DNA of 61,847 nt from the IMG/VR virus record IMGVR_UViG_3300033153_001680, positions 1 to 61,847 of that record, one strand, 5' to 3'. The translations under genes were made by a program, and so were the position numbers. The notes under the pieces were generated by a model. That model saw only the letters and a program-made list of their open reading frames with translations. It was not told the origin of the DNA and did no database searches. Source of the stretch: a virus (taxonomy: Duplodnaviria > Caudoviricetes). Below are positions 7,552 through 17,580 of this stretch, one piece after another. The stretch's first letter is position 1. Every line of letters starts with the position of its first letter.

Positions 7552-9671
7552 ATATGAGAGGATTAGTTAAGCACTCAGGGAACCAAAAAGGGACCAAGAT
7601 TGATGTTACTCAGCTACTCGCATGGGTGGCAGAGTCCCACACTTCTCATAGGGACTGGCGAGCAGAGAGCTGGGAGGACTATGAGTTTCGAGACGGTGTA
7701 CAGTGGCCCCACTCTGCCAAGGAGATGCTGAAGGACAAACGGATAAAGCCTATAACAGCTAACCGGATTTTCCCTATAGTAAACTTCATTCATGGTTGGT
7801 TCATCAACAACCAGAGGGACGTAATAGCTAAGGGCCGTACTAAGCAGGATAACGACCTTGCTCAGTTCATGTCTGAGGCTCTAATGTGTGTAAGGGACCA
7901 GAATAACGGGGCCAAGAAGATAGCAGATGCAGTTTTGGACCAAATTATAACCGGGTTTGGCTGCATGAAGGTAGGGGTTAGCCCTGATCCTAGAAAGGAG
8001 TCTGTTTCTCTGGACTACGTACCCTGGCACAATGTGTGGTGGGACCCTTACTCAGATCCATTTATGGACGAGCAGAACTGCCGGTTCGTTTTCACTTCAT
8101 CTTGGAAAGACCTTGACACTCTGTGCGACTTTTTCCCCAAGTGTGCCAACGATCTACAGGAGCAGTTTAGCTACCTGAGCGGGGTAGGAAATGGGGACTT
8201 GCCCATCATGCATGACGACGAGTCCACTCTTATCGAAGAAGTTCAGCGCATGATGGGCCAACCTGGGTATTGGACCAACTCAGACAGGCGAAGAGTCAGA
8301 CCCGTGGAGATGTGGTACAGTGTTACTGAAGAGGTTCTATTTGCTAAAGGGAAAAATGGCCGTGCTTACGAACTGGAGGCATATAACGAGGTTGATCAAC
8401 TAGCTATTATCAGGGAGTCTACTGAGATATTAACAGCTAGAGTGAAGAAACTTCGAGTAAGCCTGTTTTTAGGGGACTACGTTATCTATGATATGCCTTC
8501 TCCTATGCCTTTCACTGGGTATCCTTATGTTCCCTTCGTGGGGTATACTGATCGGTTTAGCAGGCCCTTTGGAGCACCTCGGCAGATAAAAGAGCAGAAT
8601 ATGGAACTCAACAAGAGGCGTTCTTATGCCCTTGCCCGGATAAACGACCGGAGAACCTTCATTGAGAAAAAAGCTGTCGAGGACCCCCACAGGACTCACG
8701 CAGAGGCGAATAAGCTCGATGGGCTGATTGTGGTTGGCGAACACAAAATAGATCGGGTGAAGATCCAGGAGCTGGGTGACTTGGCTTCCGCTCAACTTGC
8801 ATTCGCGGAGCACAGTGAAAGGGAGATTCAGGAGATCTCCGGGGCCGGGAATGAGTCAATGGGGTATCAGACTGCGGTTCAGTCGGGGCTGGCCCTCGAT
8901 AAGAAACAAGCCAGTCAGTCCACTGTTTTAGCGAGCCTATTGGAGAATGCTTACACAGCGGTCCAGGAATTGGGTAAAAAGATGTCCGTGCTCGTGCAGG
9001 ACAACTGGACAACTGAAAAAGCTCTCAGAGTGACCGACAAGATGTCTGGGGTAGAAGCTTTTGTTGCCCTCAATCAAGAAGTGCTTGGCGAAACTGGAGA
9101 AGTAATTGAGGTTCGGAACGATATAACTCAAGCTTCTTTCGACATTGTGTTGGCATCTACCGAGATGACTGATACAATGAGAGAGAAGAACATGGATCTG
9201 ATCTTCAGCTCTTTGAACAAAGCCCCGGCTGAAGCAATCGGGCCTCTACTCAGTCTTGGCCTTGAATTGTCAGACATACCTGAGAAGGGGAGCTGGTTGA
9301 AACAAATTCAGGCCGCTACAGGCGCAGGTGCTGTTGACGAGAACCTTTCTAAAGCCGAACAAGGTGAGATCGACCGGGCGAATGCCCAGAAGGTCCAGCA
9401 GCGGCAAGAGGAAGGATATGTTCTTGAAGTCCAGACTGCTCAGGCAGAAAACCAGAAAACCGAGGCCGAAACTGGAAAGCTTCGCGCTGAAGCCATTGCG
9501 TTGTTAAAAGAGGCTGATGCTCAGAAACAGAAAGTGGACCAGGAGGGTTTTAAGATTGGCCAGGAATCAACTGAGCCTCTACCCGACATAACTCCAGGGA
9601 TCGCCAAACCCCTGAATAAAGCTCGGATGAAGGGCTTTATCAAAAAGCTCACGGAGGATGAGGTAAGGTGA
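7542..9671 (+). CDS. Portal protein (P22/podovirus-like)
   Basis: 709 aa directly after terL; EDYEFRDGxQW, NRIxPxVN, WDP, YPYVPF and ELNKRRS motifs. Confidence 0.9.
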   Translation: MGVNMRGLVKHSGNQKGTKIDVTQLLAWVAESHTSHRDWRAESWEDYEFRDGVQWPHSAKEMLKDKRIKPITANRIFPIVNFIHGWFINNQRDVIAKGRTKQDNDLAQFMSEALMCVRDQNNGAKKIADAVLDQIITGFGCMKVGVSPDPRKESVSLDYVPWHNVWWDPYSDPFMDEQNCRFVFTSSWKDLDTLCDFFPKCANDLQEQFSYLSGVGNGDLPIMHDDESTLIEEVQRMMGQPGYWTNSDRRRVRPVEMWYSVTEEVLFAKGKNGRAYELEAYNEVDQLAIIRESTEILTARVKKLRVSLFLGDYVIYDMPSPMPFTGYPYVPFVGYTDRFSRPFGAPRQIKEQNMELNKRRSYALARINDRRTFIEKKAVEDPHRTHAEANKLDGLIVVGEHKIDRVKIQELGDLASAQLAFAEHSEREIQEISGAGNESMGYQTAVQSGLALDKKQASQSTVLASLLENAYTAVQELGKKMSVLVQDNWTTEKALRVTDKMSGVEAFVALNQEVLGETGEVIEVRNDITQASFDIVLASTEMTDTMREKNMDLIFSSLNKAPAEAIGPLLSLGLELSDIPEKGSWLKQIQAATGAGAVDENLSKAEQGEIDRANAQKVQQRQEEGYVLEVQTAQAENQKTEAETGKLRAEAIALLKEADAQKQKVDQEGFKIGQESTEPLPDITPGIAKPLNKARMKGFIKKLTEDEVR

Positions 9672-9892
9672 GAAAAAGTGATGAAGCATACAGTAAGCAA
9701 AAGCTGAAAAAGGTACTATCTGAGCAACGAAGAGCACCCGATGGGAAGAACTTCAGGTTCTGGAACATGAGGACCAACACTGATTCTGACAATAAATACA
9801 ATGAGGGCTTTTCCCATATAAACTGGAACATTCGTCCAAGTGACGTAAAACATCGTCCAAGTGACGTAAAACGTTCAACCTCGTCCAAGTGA
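9668..9892 (+). CDS. Small basic hypothetical protein
   Basis: GTGA overlap with the portal stop; GAGG RBS. Confidence 0.5.
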   Translation: MRKSDEAYSKQKLKKVLSEQRRAPDGKNFRFWNMRTNTDSDNKYNEGFSHINWNIRPSDVKHRPSDVKRSTSSK

Positions 9893-9954
9893 CGTAAAAT
9901 TTGTATTCGTCTGAACGACGTAAAACGCTTAAACTTCGTCCAAGAGACGTAAAA
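9832..9954 (+). repeat. Five 19-nt hairpin repeats TCGTC-N5-GACGTAAAA upstream of the scaffold gene
   Basis: Copies at 9832, 9853, 9881, 9907 and 9936. Stem invariant, loop variable. Confidence 0.9.
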
Positions 9955-9977
9955 CACTACAAAGGAACTAAAGAACG

Positions 9978-11177
9978 ATGGAAGACTCAGCTACTACTTC
10001 AGCCCCAGAAGGCGAATCTACTGACGCGGGTATGGAATTTGACCCAGGTATTTTCGGCCTAGATGGTGTATCAGATGCAGACTTAGGGGGGCCTGAAGCC
10101 GACCCGAAGGACGACTCCACCGAGGATGACTCTGTTAAGGATGATTCCACCGAGGATGACTCTGTTAAGGATGGTTCCACCGAGGATGACTCTGTTAAGG
10201 ATGATTCCACCGAGGATGACTCTGTTAAGGACGATTCCACCGAGGATGACTCTGTTAAGGATGATTCCACCAAAGACGACTCCACCAAGGATGACTCTGT
10301 TAAGGATGATTCCACCAAGGACGACTCTACCAAGGAAGACCCTAAGAAGTCCTCAGTACCCGAAGGGCACGTCCCTTTAGCAGCCCTGCATCAAGCTCGT
10401 GGGGAAATAACTCGGCTGAAGGGAGAGCTATCTGCTGTTAGGGCTCAGAAGTCGGAGCCCCAGTCTGAGCGTCTTGTTACGGCTAAGGAGTCCGAGGAGT
10501 TTAAGGACTTCTCTGTGGTAACAAAAGCAAAGCTGGCCGAGAGGTTTGAGGACGACCCAGTAGGAGCTGCGGAGTACACTGATAAACTCGGAAAGTACTA
10601 CGACTTCAAGAACCGGGAGAGTCGGCAGAAGACTCTTGATGAGCAGTCCGCTAAGGACCAGGAAGCTCATGAAGCAGCTTTAGTCGAAGAGTACGACAGG
10701 GCTTCTGGTGAGATGGAAGAAGTGCTACCAGGGTTGTTCAGTAACGATGAAGTCCAAGAGGGCATCACCACTTTTGCAGAAAGCCTTGGGTTCGGTGAGA
10801 ATCTGTTCTTTTTAACAAATCCTACAACTCAAGTGATCCTTCCGGGAGGGGACACTCCGGTACCGTTAGGAGCCCGAGCGGCTGCGATGCTCCGTACCCT
10901 GGTTACTGCTCGAACAAAGTTAACCGAGTCTAAACCCGTTGACACTAAAGCTCTGGAAACAAAGATCCGAGTTGAAGTTGAAAAAGAAATAAGAGGTGAG
11001 CTGGAAAAAGAGTACCTCGCTAAAGTAAAGGCCCATGCACGGGGGGACAAGTACACATCGTTAGATGATGTGCCAACCGCTGATGCTGATCGGGCGCTTT
11101 CTGGCAAGGTTTTATCTGAAAACGACATTAGTCGTTTGTCTCCAGCAGCCCTGGAAGAATATCTTAAAGGAAACTAA
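9978..11177 (+). CDS. Putative capsid scaffolding protein
   Basis: Between portal and capsid. Acidic disordered N-terminus, VPLAALxxxR motif, coiled coils. Confidence 0.8.
   Translation: MEDSATTSAPEGESTDAGMEFDPGIFGLDGVSDADLGGPEADPKDDSTEDDSVKDDSTEDDSVKDGSTEDDSVKDDSTEDDSVKDDSTEDDSVKDDSTKDDSTKDDSVKDDSTKDDSTKEDPKKSSVPEGHVPLAALHQARGEITRLKGELSAVRAQKSEPQSERLVTAKESEEFKDFSVVTKAKLAERFEDDPVGAAEYTDKLGKYYDFKNRESRQKTLDEQSAKDQEAHEAALVEEYDRASGEMEEVLPGLFSNDEVQEGITTFAESLGFGENLFFLTNPTTQVILPGGDTPVPLGARAAAMLRTLVTARTKLTESKPVDTKALETKIRVEVEKEIRGELEKEYLAKVKAHARGDKYTSLDDVPTADADRALSGKVLSENDISRLSPAALEEYLKGN
10108..10340 (+). repeat. 15/30-bp coding tandem repeat (DDSTE/DDSVK/DDSTK) in the scaffold gene
   Basis: Visible in both DNA and protein. 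Confidence 0.9.
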
Positions 11178-11189
11178 TAGAGGTACATT

Positions 11190-12278
11190 ATGGCTGCTAC
11201 AGAATTTGCGTTGAATGACCCCCTGGCGGTCCAACGTTGGAGTACGTCTCTTGCTGTTGAGGCGATGAAGGCTCAGTATTTTGCTAAGTTTATCGGCATG
11301 GGACCTGAGAGCCTGTTGGTACTAAAGAATGACCTTCACAAAGCTGCTGGTGAGAAAGTGACTATGGGTCTCCGTATGAAGCTTCAGCACGCGGGTATTG
11401 AGGGAGACGCGGCTATCGAAGGCCATGCAACTGGCGAGGAGGCTTTGAACTTTTTCAACGATTTCTTGTTCATCGACCAGTTACGTAAGAGTACAAAGTC
11501 AAAAGGCCGCATGTCAGAACAGCGAGTTCCCTACAACTTGCGAAAAGTGGGCCGGGATGCTCTGGCAGAATGGTGGGCTGAAGAAATGGACGAAGAGATT
11601 TTCTTCTACCTGTCTGGAGCCCGAGGGGCTGTAACCGCAGGCTACCACAACCCTGATACCTGGACAGGGAGGGCTAATAATGCGCTAACTGCCCCAGATG
11701 CAGCTCACATCCTGTATGGTGGAGATGCAACTGGTAAGGCTGACATGGATGCTGCGGACACCATTGCTCTCCTGGATATTGAGAGACTCGCAGCAAAAGC
11801 AAAGCTGACTGATCCAATGATGCAGCCGTTCAACATTGGTGGTAAGAAGAAGTTCGTTTTCCTGATGCACACTGTTCAGGCTTTCCAGCTACGGACTTCT
11901 AATACAACTAATGACTGGCTCAGTATACACAAGGCCACTGATCGTGGACCGTCTGCAAAAATGTACTCTGGGTCTCTCGGCGAGTACGCTGACGTTATTA
12001 TGCACGAACACCGGAATGTCGTACAATTTGATGACTATGGGGCGGGTTCTAACATGCCTGCGGCTCGGGCTCTGTTTATGGGTGCTCAAGCTGGTCTGGT
12101 TGCTTACGGACAGGAGTCGTCTTCCCAGCGGTACACCTGGAATGAGGAAAAAGACGACCGTGGCAATGCTTTAGCTATTACTGCGGGGTCCATCTTCGGT
12201 GTGAAGAAATCCCGGTACGACTCCAAGGATTTCTCTGTTATGGCTTATGACTCGTATTGTCCTCTGACCATCACTTAA
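11190..12278 (+). CDS. Major capsid protein, N4-gp56/DUF4043 family
   Basis: N-terminus TEFALNDPLAVQRWS; GEEAL.F...FIDQLR, MSEQRVPYNLR, ARALFMGAQA and FGVKKSRY motifs. Confidence 0.92.
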   Translation: MAATEFALNDPLAVQRWSTSLAVEAMKAQYFAKFIGMGPESLLVLKNDLHKAAGEKVTMGLRMKLQHAGIEGDAAIEGHATGEEALNFFNDFLFIDQLRKSTKSKGRMSEQRVPYNLRKVGRDALAEWWAEEMDEEIFFYLSGARGAVTAGYHNPDTWTGRANNALTAPDAAHILYGGDATGKADMDAADTIALLDIERLAAKAKLTDPMMQPFNIGGKKKFVFLMHTVQAFQLRTSNTTNDWLSIHKATDRGPSAKMYSGSLGEYADVIMHEHRNVVQFDDYGAGSNMPAARALFMGAQAGLVAYGQESSSQRYTWNEEKDDRGNALAITAGSIFGVKKSRYDSKDFSVMAYDSYCPLTIT

Positions 12279-12285
12279 TTTTAAT

Positions 12286-12315
12286 GAACTATGCAGCTTT
12301 ACAGCTGCATAGTTC
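12286..12315 (+). terminator. 13-bp perfect hairpin after the capsid gene
   Basis: GAACTATGCAGCT-TTAC-AGCTGCATAGTTC. Confidence 0.7.
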
Positions 12316-12330
12316 TACTAAAGGTGAACT

Positions 12331-12561
12331 ATGTACCTCTTATACACTGGTAAGCGAGCTAAAGCTCTGACAGCGTACAACCCCAAGAGCCTGAAAGACG
12401 GCCCCTATGATTTTTCAGATGGCCCTTGTAAAGTGACTGACCGGGACTTCCGTATCTTGATTCATGAGAATCCTAATGGAATGGTAGTCGTAGAGAAGCC
12501 ACCTGTGAAGCCTCCTGTGAAGCCTCCTGTGAAGAAACCAGCCTCCACAGTTGCAAAATAA
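12331..12561 (+). CDS. Small hypothetical virion-associated protein with KPPV repeats
   Basis: AGGTG RBS; located after the capsid gene. Confidence 0.65.
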   Translation: MYLLYTGKRAKALTAYNPKSLKDGPYDFSDGPCKVTDRDFRILIHENPNGMVVVEKPPVKPPVKPPVKKPASTVAK

Positions 12562-12570
12562 GGGCAATTT

Positions 12571-13230
12571 ATGGCTACTTTAGAAGAACTCCGAACAAGG
12601 GTTTCTGAGAACCTCCAGGACACCAACAGGATTTCGGACGATCTTATCGACCGGACTATAAATGAGGGTCTTGCCTTCTGTGCTCGGAAAGTTAGGCTCC
12701 CTGCGCTTGAGTCCGAGGGAGTTGTAACCACACTGGTAGGGGCGTATAAGGTAGCTATCCCCCCTGGTTGGCAGTATCAGCGAGGGCTGTACGCAGTAGA
12801 GGTATCTGGCGAGGACCCCATAGACGTTGCATCCTCTGTGGCTATGCTACGGATGGCGTACCCTGAGTTCGGAACGGAGGAGCCCAAAGGCAGTGTAGTG
12901 GTTGCTACTATTGCTGGGGGTATGTTGCTGTATCACGGAGTTCCTGACGATCCAGTGGAGCTGTTATGTCGTTTCTACCGAATTCCTACGAAGCTCCAGA
13001 AGGACTCGGATACTCCAGAGGGCGTTCCTGAAGAACTTCTGGGGATTCTACTGGAGAGTTATGCGCTGTTCAGGTTGTACCCTCTGATTGAGAACGGCCT
13101 GGAGGGTCCTCAAGCCAACACATTGTACTTTAAGACTTTGTTTGATGAGTACTTGAATGACTTGGACTCTTATATTTCGGAGGGCCAGTCTTCTCCTGAA
13201 CCCATACGAGATGATTCATGGAAACTGTAA
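12571..13230 (+). CDS. Putative head-tail adaptor / tail tubular protein
   Basis: N-terminus MATLEELRTRV...IDRTINEG is typical of adaptor proteins; position fits. Confidence 0.65.
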   Translation: MATLEELRTRVSENLQDTNRISDDLIDRTINEGLAFCARKVRLPALESEGVVTTLVGAYKVAIPPGWQYQRGLYAVEVSGEDPIDVASSVAMLRMAYPEFGTEEPKGSVVVATIAGGMLLYHGVPDDPVELLCRFYRIPTKLQKDSDTPEGVPEELLGILLESYALFRLYPLIENGLEGPQANTLYFKTLFDEYLNDLDSYISEGQSSPEPIRDDSWKL

Positions 13231-14123
13231 GAATTCTCACGTCTTCTAAAGGGCTTAACACGAAGCTGCAAAAGACTCGTGTGGCCTACGACAAGTCTGG
13301 GACCACAGAACTCACTAAAGCAGTGAACGTTTCTCATGATTATACAGGGAGAGTCAGCAGGAGGTCGGGTTACAATTACCAGGTAGAAGGAGACTTCCAC
13401 AGTGTTTTTTGTGACGAAGGCGACTGCTTTTTGGGACGTGGACTAGATTTATTTAAGCTGAACAACGATCTTTCCATTACTGGAGTACGTGGTAGCTTAT
13501 CAGGTAACCGAATAGGGTTCTGCCAGATAGGACGAGAAACTTACTACGCTAATGGGCACCAGAACGGTGTCATACGAAACGGGCAGTCGTACCCCTGGCC
13601 TGTAGGCGAATATCTAGGACCGGAGACTTCGAGGTCTTTTTCGAGTGCTCCCGCTGGGACCCACTTAGCCTACTACAATGGGTACCTGTGCATCTCCGTG
13701 GGTAACGTACTGTATTTTAGCGAACCTTGGGCACCTGGATTGTTTAACATGTCTAAGATGTTCGTACAGTTCTCCTCTGAGGTACTGTTAGTTAAGCCAG
13801 TGGTCTCGGGAATCTTCGTGTCAGACTCAGAGGATACGTGGTTTCTGCATGGGCCTACTCCGAGCGACTTCGTTCAAAAGAAGGTCCTAAGCTACCCTGC
13901 CCTGGAGTGGTCTGATGCTATAGACTACGTGGAGAGCTTGGACATAGGGCTTGAGATTCCTGGGCTATGCGCTATGTGGGGGTCCAGATACGGCGCGGTT
14001 CTAGGGCTACCCGATGGAACAGCCATTAACAGGTCCATTAACAAAGTAAAGTACCCTAAAATAGGCTCTCAGGGCTCTGGGTTACTGAAGGACCAAACTT
14101 TTATTTTTAATACCTTCTTCTAG
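13218..14123 (+). CDS. Putative tail/nozzle structural protein
   Basis: Beta-rich 301 aa with GLN...AVNV...G.VSRR.G N-terminus; follows the adaptor. Confidence 0.6.
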   Translation: METVRILTSSKGLNTKLQKTRVAYDKSGTTELTKAVNVSHDYTGRVSRRSGYNYQVEGDFHSVFCDEGDCFLGRGLDLFKLNNDLSITGVRGSLSGNRIGFCQIGRETYYANGHQNGVIRNGQSYPWPVGEYLGPETSRSFSSAPAGTHLAYYNGYLCISVGNVLYFSEPWAPGLFNMSKMFVQFSSEVLLVKPVVSGIFVSDSEDTWFLHGPTPSDFVQKKVLSYPALEWSDAIDYVESLDIGLEIPGLCAMWGSRYGAVLGLPDGTAINRSINKVKYPKIGSQGSGLLKDQTFIFNTFF

Positions 14124-14133
14124 GAGAACAGAT

Positions 14134-14862
14134 ATGGCATTAAGACTTTCAACAGGTCTCAGAGACGAGCTGTTTGACCGTAAGGCAGAGCCGGTAGTAG
14201 TTGAGGTAGCAATAGCTACGGTTAGTTTCGAGATAGGCTCCGGACCTAACGGAGGGGATAAGATACTTGATTCGGGCAATGGTCTTGCCGAAGCTATCAG
14301 AAAAGGGAAACTCCTGGTGTACGGGTCTGCATCAAATAATGGGGTTTTCGACGTTAAGTCAGTAGCTACAGACGGGTCGTATATAGAGGTAGCGTCAGGG
14401 TCTCTCGCAGTAGAGGCTATTGGAGCAACTGTAACTATTATGGCAGCGCACGGGGGCTCTTGGAGCGACCTGCTAAGAAACGGAGTTTTTCGAATTTTTC
14501 CAGGCACCCAGCCGTCCTCTGCGAATGATACCGAGGGGACTTCTCATCTAGTAGAGGTATCAATAAACTCTCTAGCTTTTTCAGTGGGGGGCACTAATGG
14601 CATTAACTGCAACGACAGTTCTGGCGGAACTCTGACAAAAGCTGCTGACGAAGTATGGTCGGGCCTTGGGGTAGCTGACGGAACTGCTGGCTGGTTCCGA
14701 TGGTACGATAAGGACCGAACAACTGGGGCGAGTACTACCGCAGTACGCCTGGACGGAGCTATAGCTCAGTCGGGTTCGCAGTTTAACATGTCCAATACAG
14801 CGATTACTACAGGTGGGACTGTGACCATTGACAGTTTAGCAGCTACTTTGCCCACACTGTAA
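14134..14862 (+). CDS. Conserved virion structural protein (MALRLSTGLR family)
   Basis: GTQPSSA, WSG.GVADGTAGWFR and RLDG motifs; Gly/Ser/Thr-rich. Confidence 0.7.
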   Translation: MALRLSTGLRDELFDRKAEPVVVEVAIATVSFEIGSGPNGGDKILDSGNGLAEAIRKGKLLVYGSASNNGVFDVKSVATDGSYIEVASGSLAVEAIGATVTIMAAHGGSWSDLLRNGVFRIFPGTQPSSANDTEGTSHLVEVSINSLAFSVGGTNGINCNDSSGGTLTKAADEVWSGLGVADGTAGWFRWYDKDRTTGASTTAVRLDGAIAQSGSQFNMSNTAITTGGTVTIDSLAATLPTL

Positions 14863-14863
14863 C

Positions 14864-15373
14864 ATGGCTTCGTACACCTGTTATCTTAGGAGCCTAATCA
14901 TAGACTCGGAGAGCGTAGACAACCCCTCCCTGGTTAGGATTAATCCCGGCAAGCCTAGCGACCGTCCGGGGGACGTACTTATCCCTAATGACACTTGCCT
15001 AGTGTGGGACAAGTATAACAGGTTTTATTTTTACAAGCTGAAATCAGGCGACGTAGCCTCCTCGTTGCCTGATCTAGTGAGGGTGAGCAGTTCTCTGTAC
15101 TGGGAGATAGTGTCCGTTTCAGGCACCATGGGGCTTCAGACAGAACAGGTCTCAATTGTGTCTCTTGGTGCGGGATCAGATACTCTTATAACGCACCCTC
15201 CCCACGACATTTCCCGGAGTGACGCTCCCTCAGTTCAAGTTATCCATGAGGGCAGGGTAAAAACTTCAGGCCTAAAGATTTCGGTAGTGACTAACACCCA
15301 GCTTAGAGTTACTTCTCTGGGAGAAGCTCTCCTGGATCTAAAAATAAATATACACTTTTCGCCTGTGCCATGA
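14864..15373 (+). CDS. Hypothetical tail-region protein
   Basis: 169-aa ORF, tightly packed in the operon. Confidence 0.65.
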   Translation: MASYTCYLRSLIIDSESVDNPSLVRINPGKPSDRPGDVLIPNDTCLVWDKYNRFYFYKLKSGDVASSLPDLVRVSSSLYWEIVSVSGTMGLQTEQVSIVSLGAGSDTLITHPPHDISRSDAPSVQVIHEGRVKTSGLKISVVTNTQLRVTSLGEALLDLKINIHFSPVP

Positions 15374-17580
15374 CCTGTAACGGAATACCTAGGGGGCCTG
15401 TACTCCCCGTTTCTCAGATGACCTGGTGCGGTAGTGCCTGTGGTTCCGAGGGTCTCAGGTATTCAAATCAGGGGGTAGCTGGGATGAACGGGTGGCTCAC
15501 TGATGAGTCTTACCCCAATGAGAGGGTATTCTCGTCATCCATCGCAATGACTTCTTTTTATGGTACTTGTGACCCTCCAGTCGATGGGTTTGTTCAGTCA
15601 TACGACCCTGAAGATGGAGAGCCCACCAACTTCAGCCTCTATACCTTTGGGTACGGGGAGGAGTACCTGCTTGAAGGGGGCATGTTGCTGTCCTCTGAGA
15701 TATCCTTCCAGAGTTCCAGTTCATACGATTTAGACACTTTATTGGATCATTATAAATTAGTAGGCCCAAAAAATCTAGTGTACTATGGGGTCACGGGTCC
15801 CGCTGAATACGTTTTCAACTTTGACACCAGCACTATAGGGGACTGGGACACTGAACCTGAATTGCTGTGGACTACGGATTCTTCTTATGTAATAAAGGAT
15901 GTTGGGGATGACGTAGAGTTTACGGATATCACTTTAGGAGACCGGTTATCAGAGCATCTACTATATACTCTCGGTACTGCTGACCTGAATGCCTCGGTGC
16001 TCGCAATAGTCGAGATAGACGATACGCACTTAGCAATGGCTAGGTTAGTTGAGAATGGCGCGAGTTATACCGTGTATTTAGACGTATTAGAGTACAACTT
16101 TTCTACCAGCTCTCTCGACACCGTAAACTCTTACCTAGCGTGGTCAGACGAGCCCAGGCCTCTGGAACATGTATTCAGCTCAAATAGGGTGGTGTTTATA
16201 CCCACCTGGGGGGCTAATGGGACTCTGTATATGAGTCACCCCGGCCACACCAGCACAAAAACTGAAGAAGGGATGCTGGTTCCATATACCTGGGACGGCG
16301 TTGACGCTTTTACGGTTGGAACTCCCATTGAGTCAGGAATACGAAAAGGGCACATGGGAAGTTGTATCGGGTGGGACGGAACTACCGATAGACTGGTGTA
16401 CGGCATCGAAGACGACGAGATCGCTACTAGGAACTCTGCGGGCGTTAGTGGTCCAACTTATGTTGGTGCTAGGGACTCGCTACTTGGGAACACTTTTGCT
16501 ACTGGGGACGGGTACACTATAGCTTGGGACTCTGATGTATCTGGTCCTAAACTACTAAGGCTTAACGTTTCCTCCTGGTCTCTGGTATACAGCTTTGGGT
16601 GGTCCTATAACTGCGATAGCGTGCTGTACTCTGGGGTGTTCCATCCTCTAGGGGTGTCAGGTGTTAGGGCTCCAAGGATGTCGGGTAGAACGTCTACGGG
16701 TGGCAACCTCATCACTGTATGGAAACAGGCGGATGAGACCCTTGGGTACTCCTCTGGTTTTAAGGCTCACCATGCTTGGGGCAAGTCCGCCAGGACTTAT
16801 GACTACAATACCGGGTGGTATATTAACTACGTAAGGTACGGGACTCTGTCACCCAACTGGGGGCTTTTTGAGACCCGCACCATTGCGGACACTCTAACGC
16901 CTCTACCGAAGTTCTCCAGCTCCGTGAATTTCTGTATGTATGACGGGTCTAATGAAGCTGTAGTCCACATACTCACTTCTTCAGATGAGCTGAGAAGATT
17001 CTACAATGTCACTAATTTTGGTACTACTCTAGGCCCCCATACTCAAATAGGTAGTCACTATGTAAAAGTGGCATTTAACTTGGAGGAGTTTACTGATATA
17101 TTAACTGGCCTTATAGGGTTTGAGTCGTTCAATGAGTCAGTGGAGAAAAGGTCTGTAAAGTACTTTCTGCAACTAGATAGTGATCCGCTGTTCTACGTTA
17201 CTTCTGCCGGAGGGTTAGTGGGGTACGCTAGCATAGAAGATGCTAAAGCGAATGCAGAGCTAGCTACGTTATATGGTAGCAGAGTGCCTGCTATAGATGT
17301 ATCTTTAGTTCAAACGCTATATACCTACGTGCTGTTGGTAAAAGAGTTCTCTACTTCGTACCCTTTGTTGCCTCCTAAGTCCTCGTACTGTAAGGTGGAA
17401 GTGACTGGTCCAGGTTTGTCTGAACCAGTTGTTTTGATGCACTTTGAGGGAGAGCCTATTGAGCGTCCCCAAAGAACTACTGCTGGGGTTCTTTCAGTTG
17501 AATCAGACCCCCTTATGTTGACTACTGGAACTAAGATGGTAGTCTCAGGTACTGAAACACGAACTTTATTTGGGCCATGA
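15370..17580 (+). CDS. Large beta-rich tail-region protein (possible receptor-binding)
   Basis: 736 aa, ATGA overlaps at both ends, Tyr/Gly/Ser-rich. Confidence 0.65.
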   Translation: MTCNGIPRGPVLPVSQMTWCGSACGSEGLRYSNQGVAGMNGWLTDESYPNERVFSSSIAMTSFYGTCDPPVDGFVQSYDPEDGEPTNFSLYTFGYGEEYLLEGGMLLSSEISFQSSSSYDLDTLLDHYKLVGPKNLVYYGVTGPAEYVFNFDTSTIGDWDTEPELLWTTDSSYVIKDVGDDVEFTDITLGDRLSEHLLYTLGTADLNASVLAIVEIDDTHLAMARLVENGASYTVYLDVLEYNFSTSSLDTVNSYLAWSDEPRPLEHVFSSNRVVFIPTWGANGTLYMSHPGHTSTKTEEGMLVPYTWDGVDAFTVGTPIESGIRKGHMGSCIGWDGTTDRLVYGIEDDEIATRNSAGVSGPTYVGARDSLLGNTFATGDGYTIAWDSDVSGPKLLRLNVSSWSLVYSFGWSYNCDSVLYSGVFHPLGVSGVRAPRMSGRTSTGGNLITVWKQADETLGYSSGFKAHHAWGKSARTYDYNTGWYINYVRYGTLSPNWGLFETRTIADTLTPLPKFSSSVNFCMYDGSNEAVVHILTSSDELRRFYNVTNFGTTLGPHTQIGSHYVKVAFNLEEFTDILTGLIGFESFNESVEKRSVKYFLQLDSDPLFYVTSAGGLVGYASIEDAKANAELATLYGSRVPAIDVSLVQTLYTYVLLVKEFSTSYPLLPPKSSYCKVEVTGPGLSEPVVLMHFEGEPIERPQRTTAGVLSVESDPLMLTTGTKMVVSGTETRTLFGP

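Noticed and set aside
9832-9954. Mini-CRISPR array
   Set aside because: Spacers are only 2-10 nt and the repeats are 19 nt.
9968-10380. Antisense and alternate-frame repeat ORFs over the scaffold gene (also 30019-30489 over the giant protein)
   Set aside because: These are shadow ORFs of coding tandem repeats within well-supported + strand genes.
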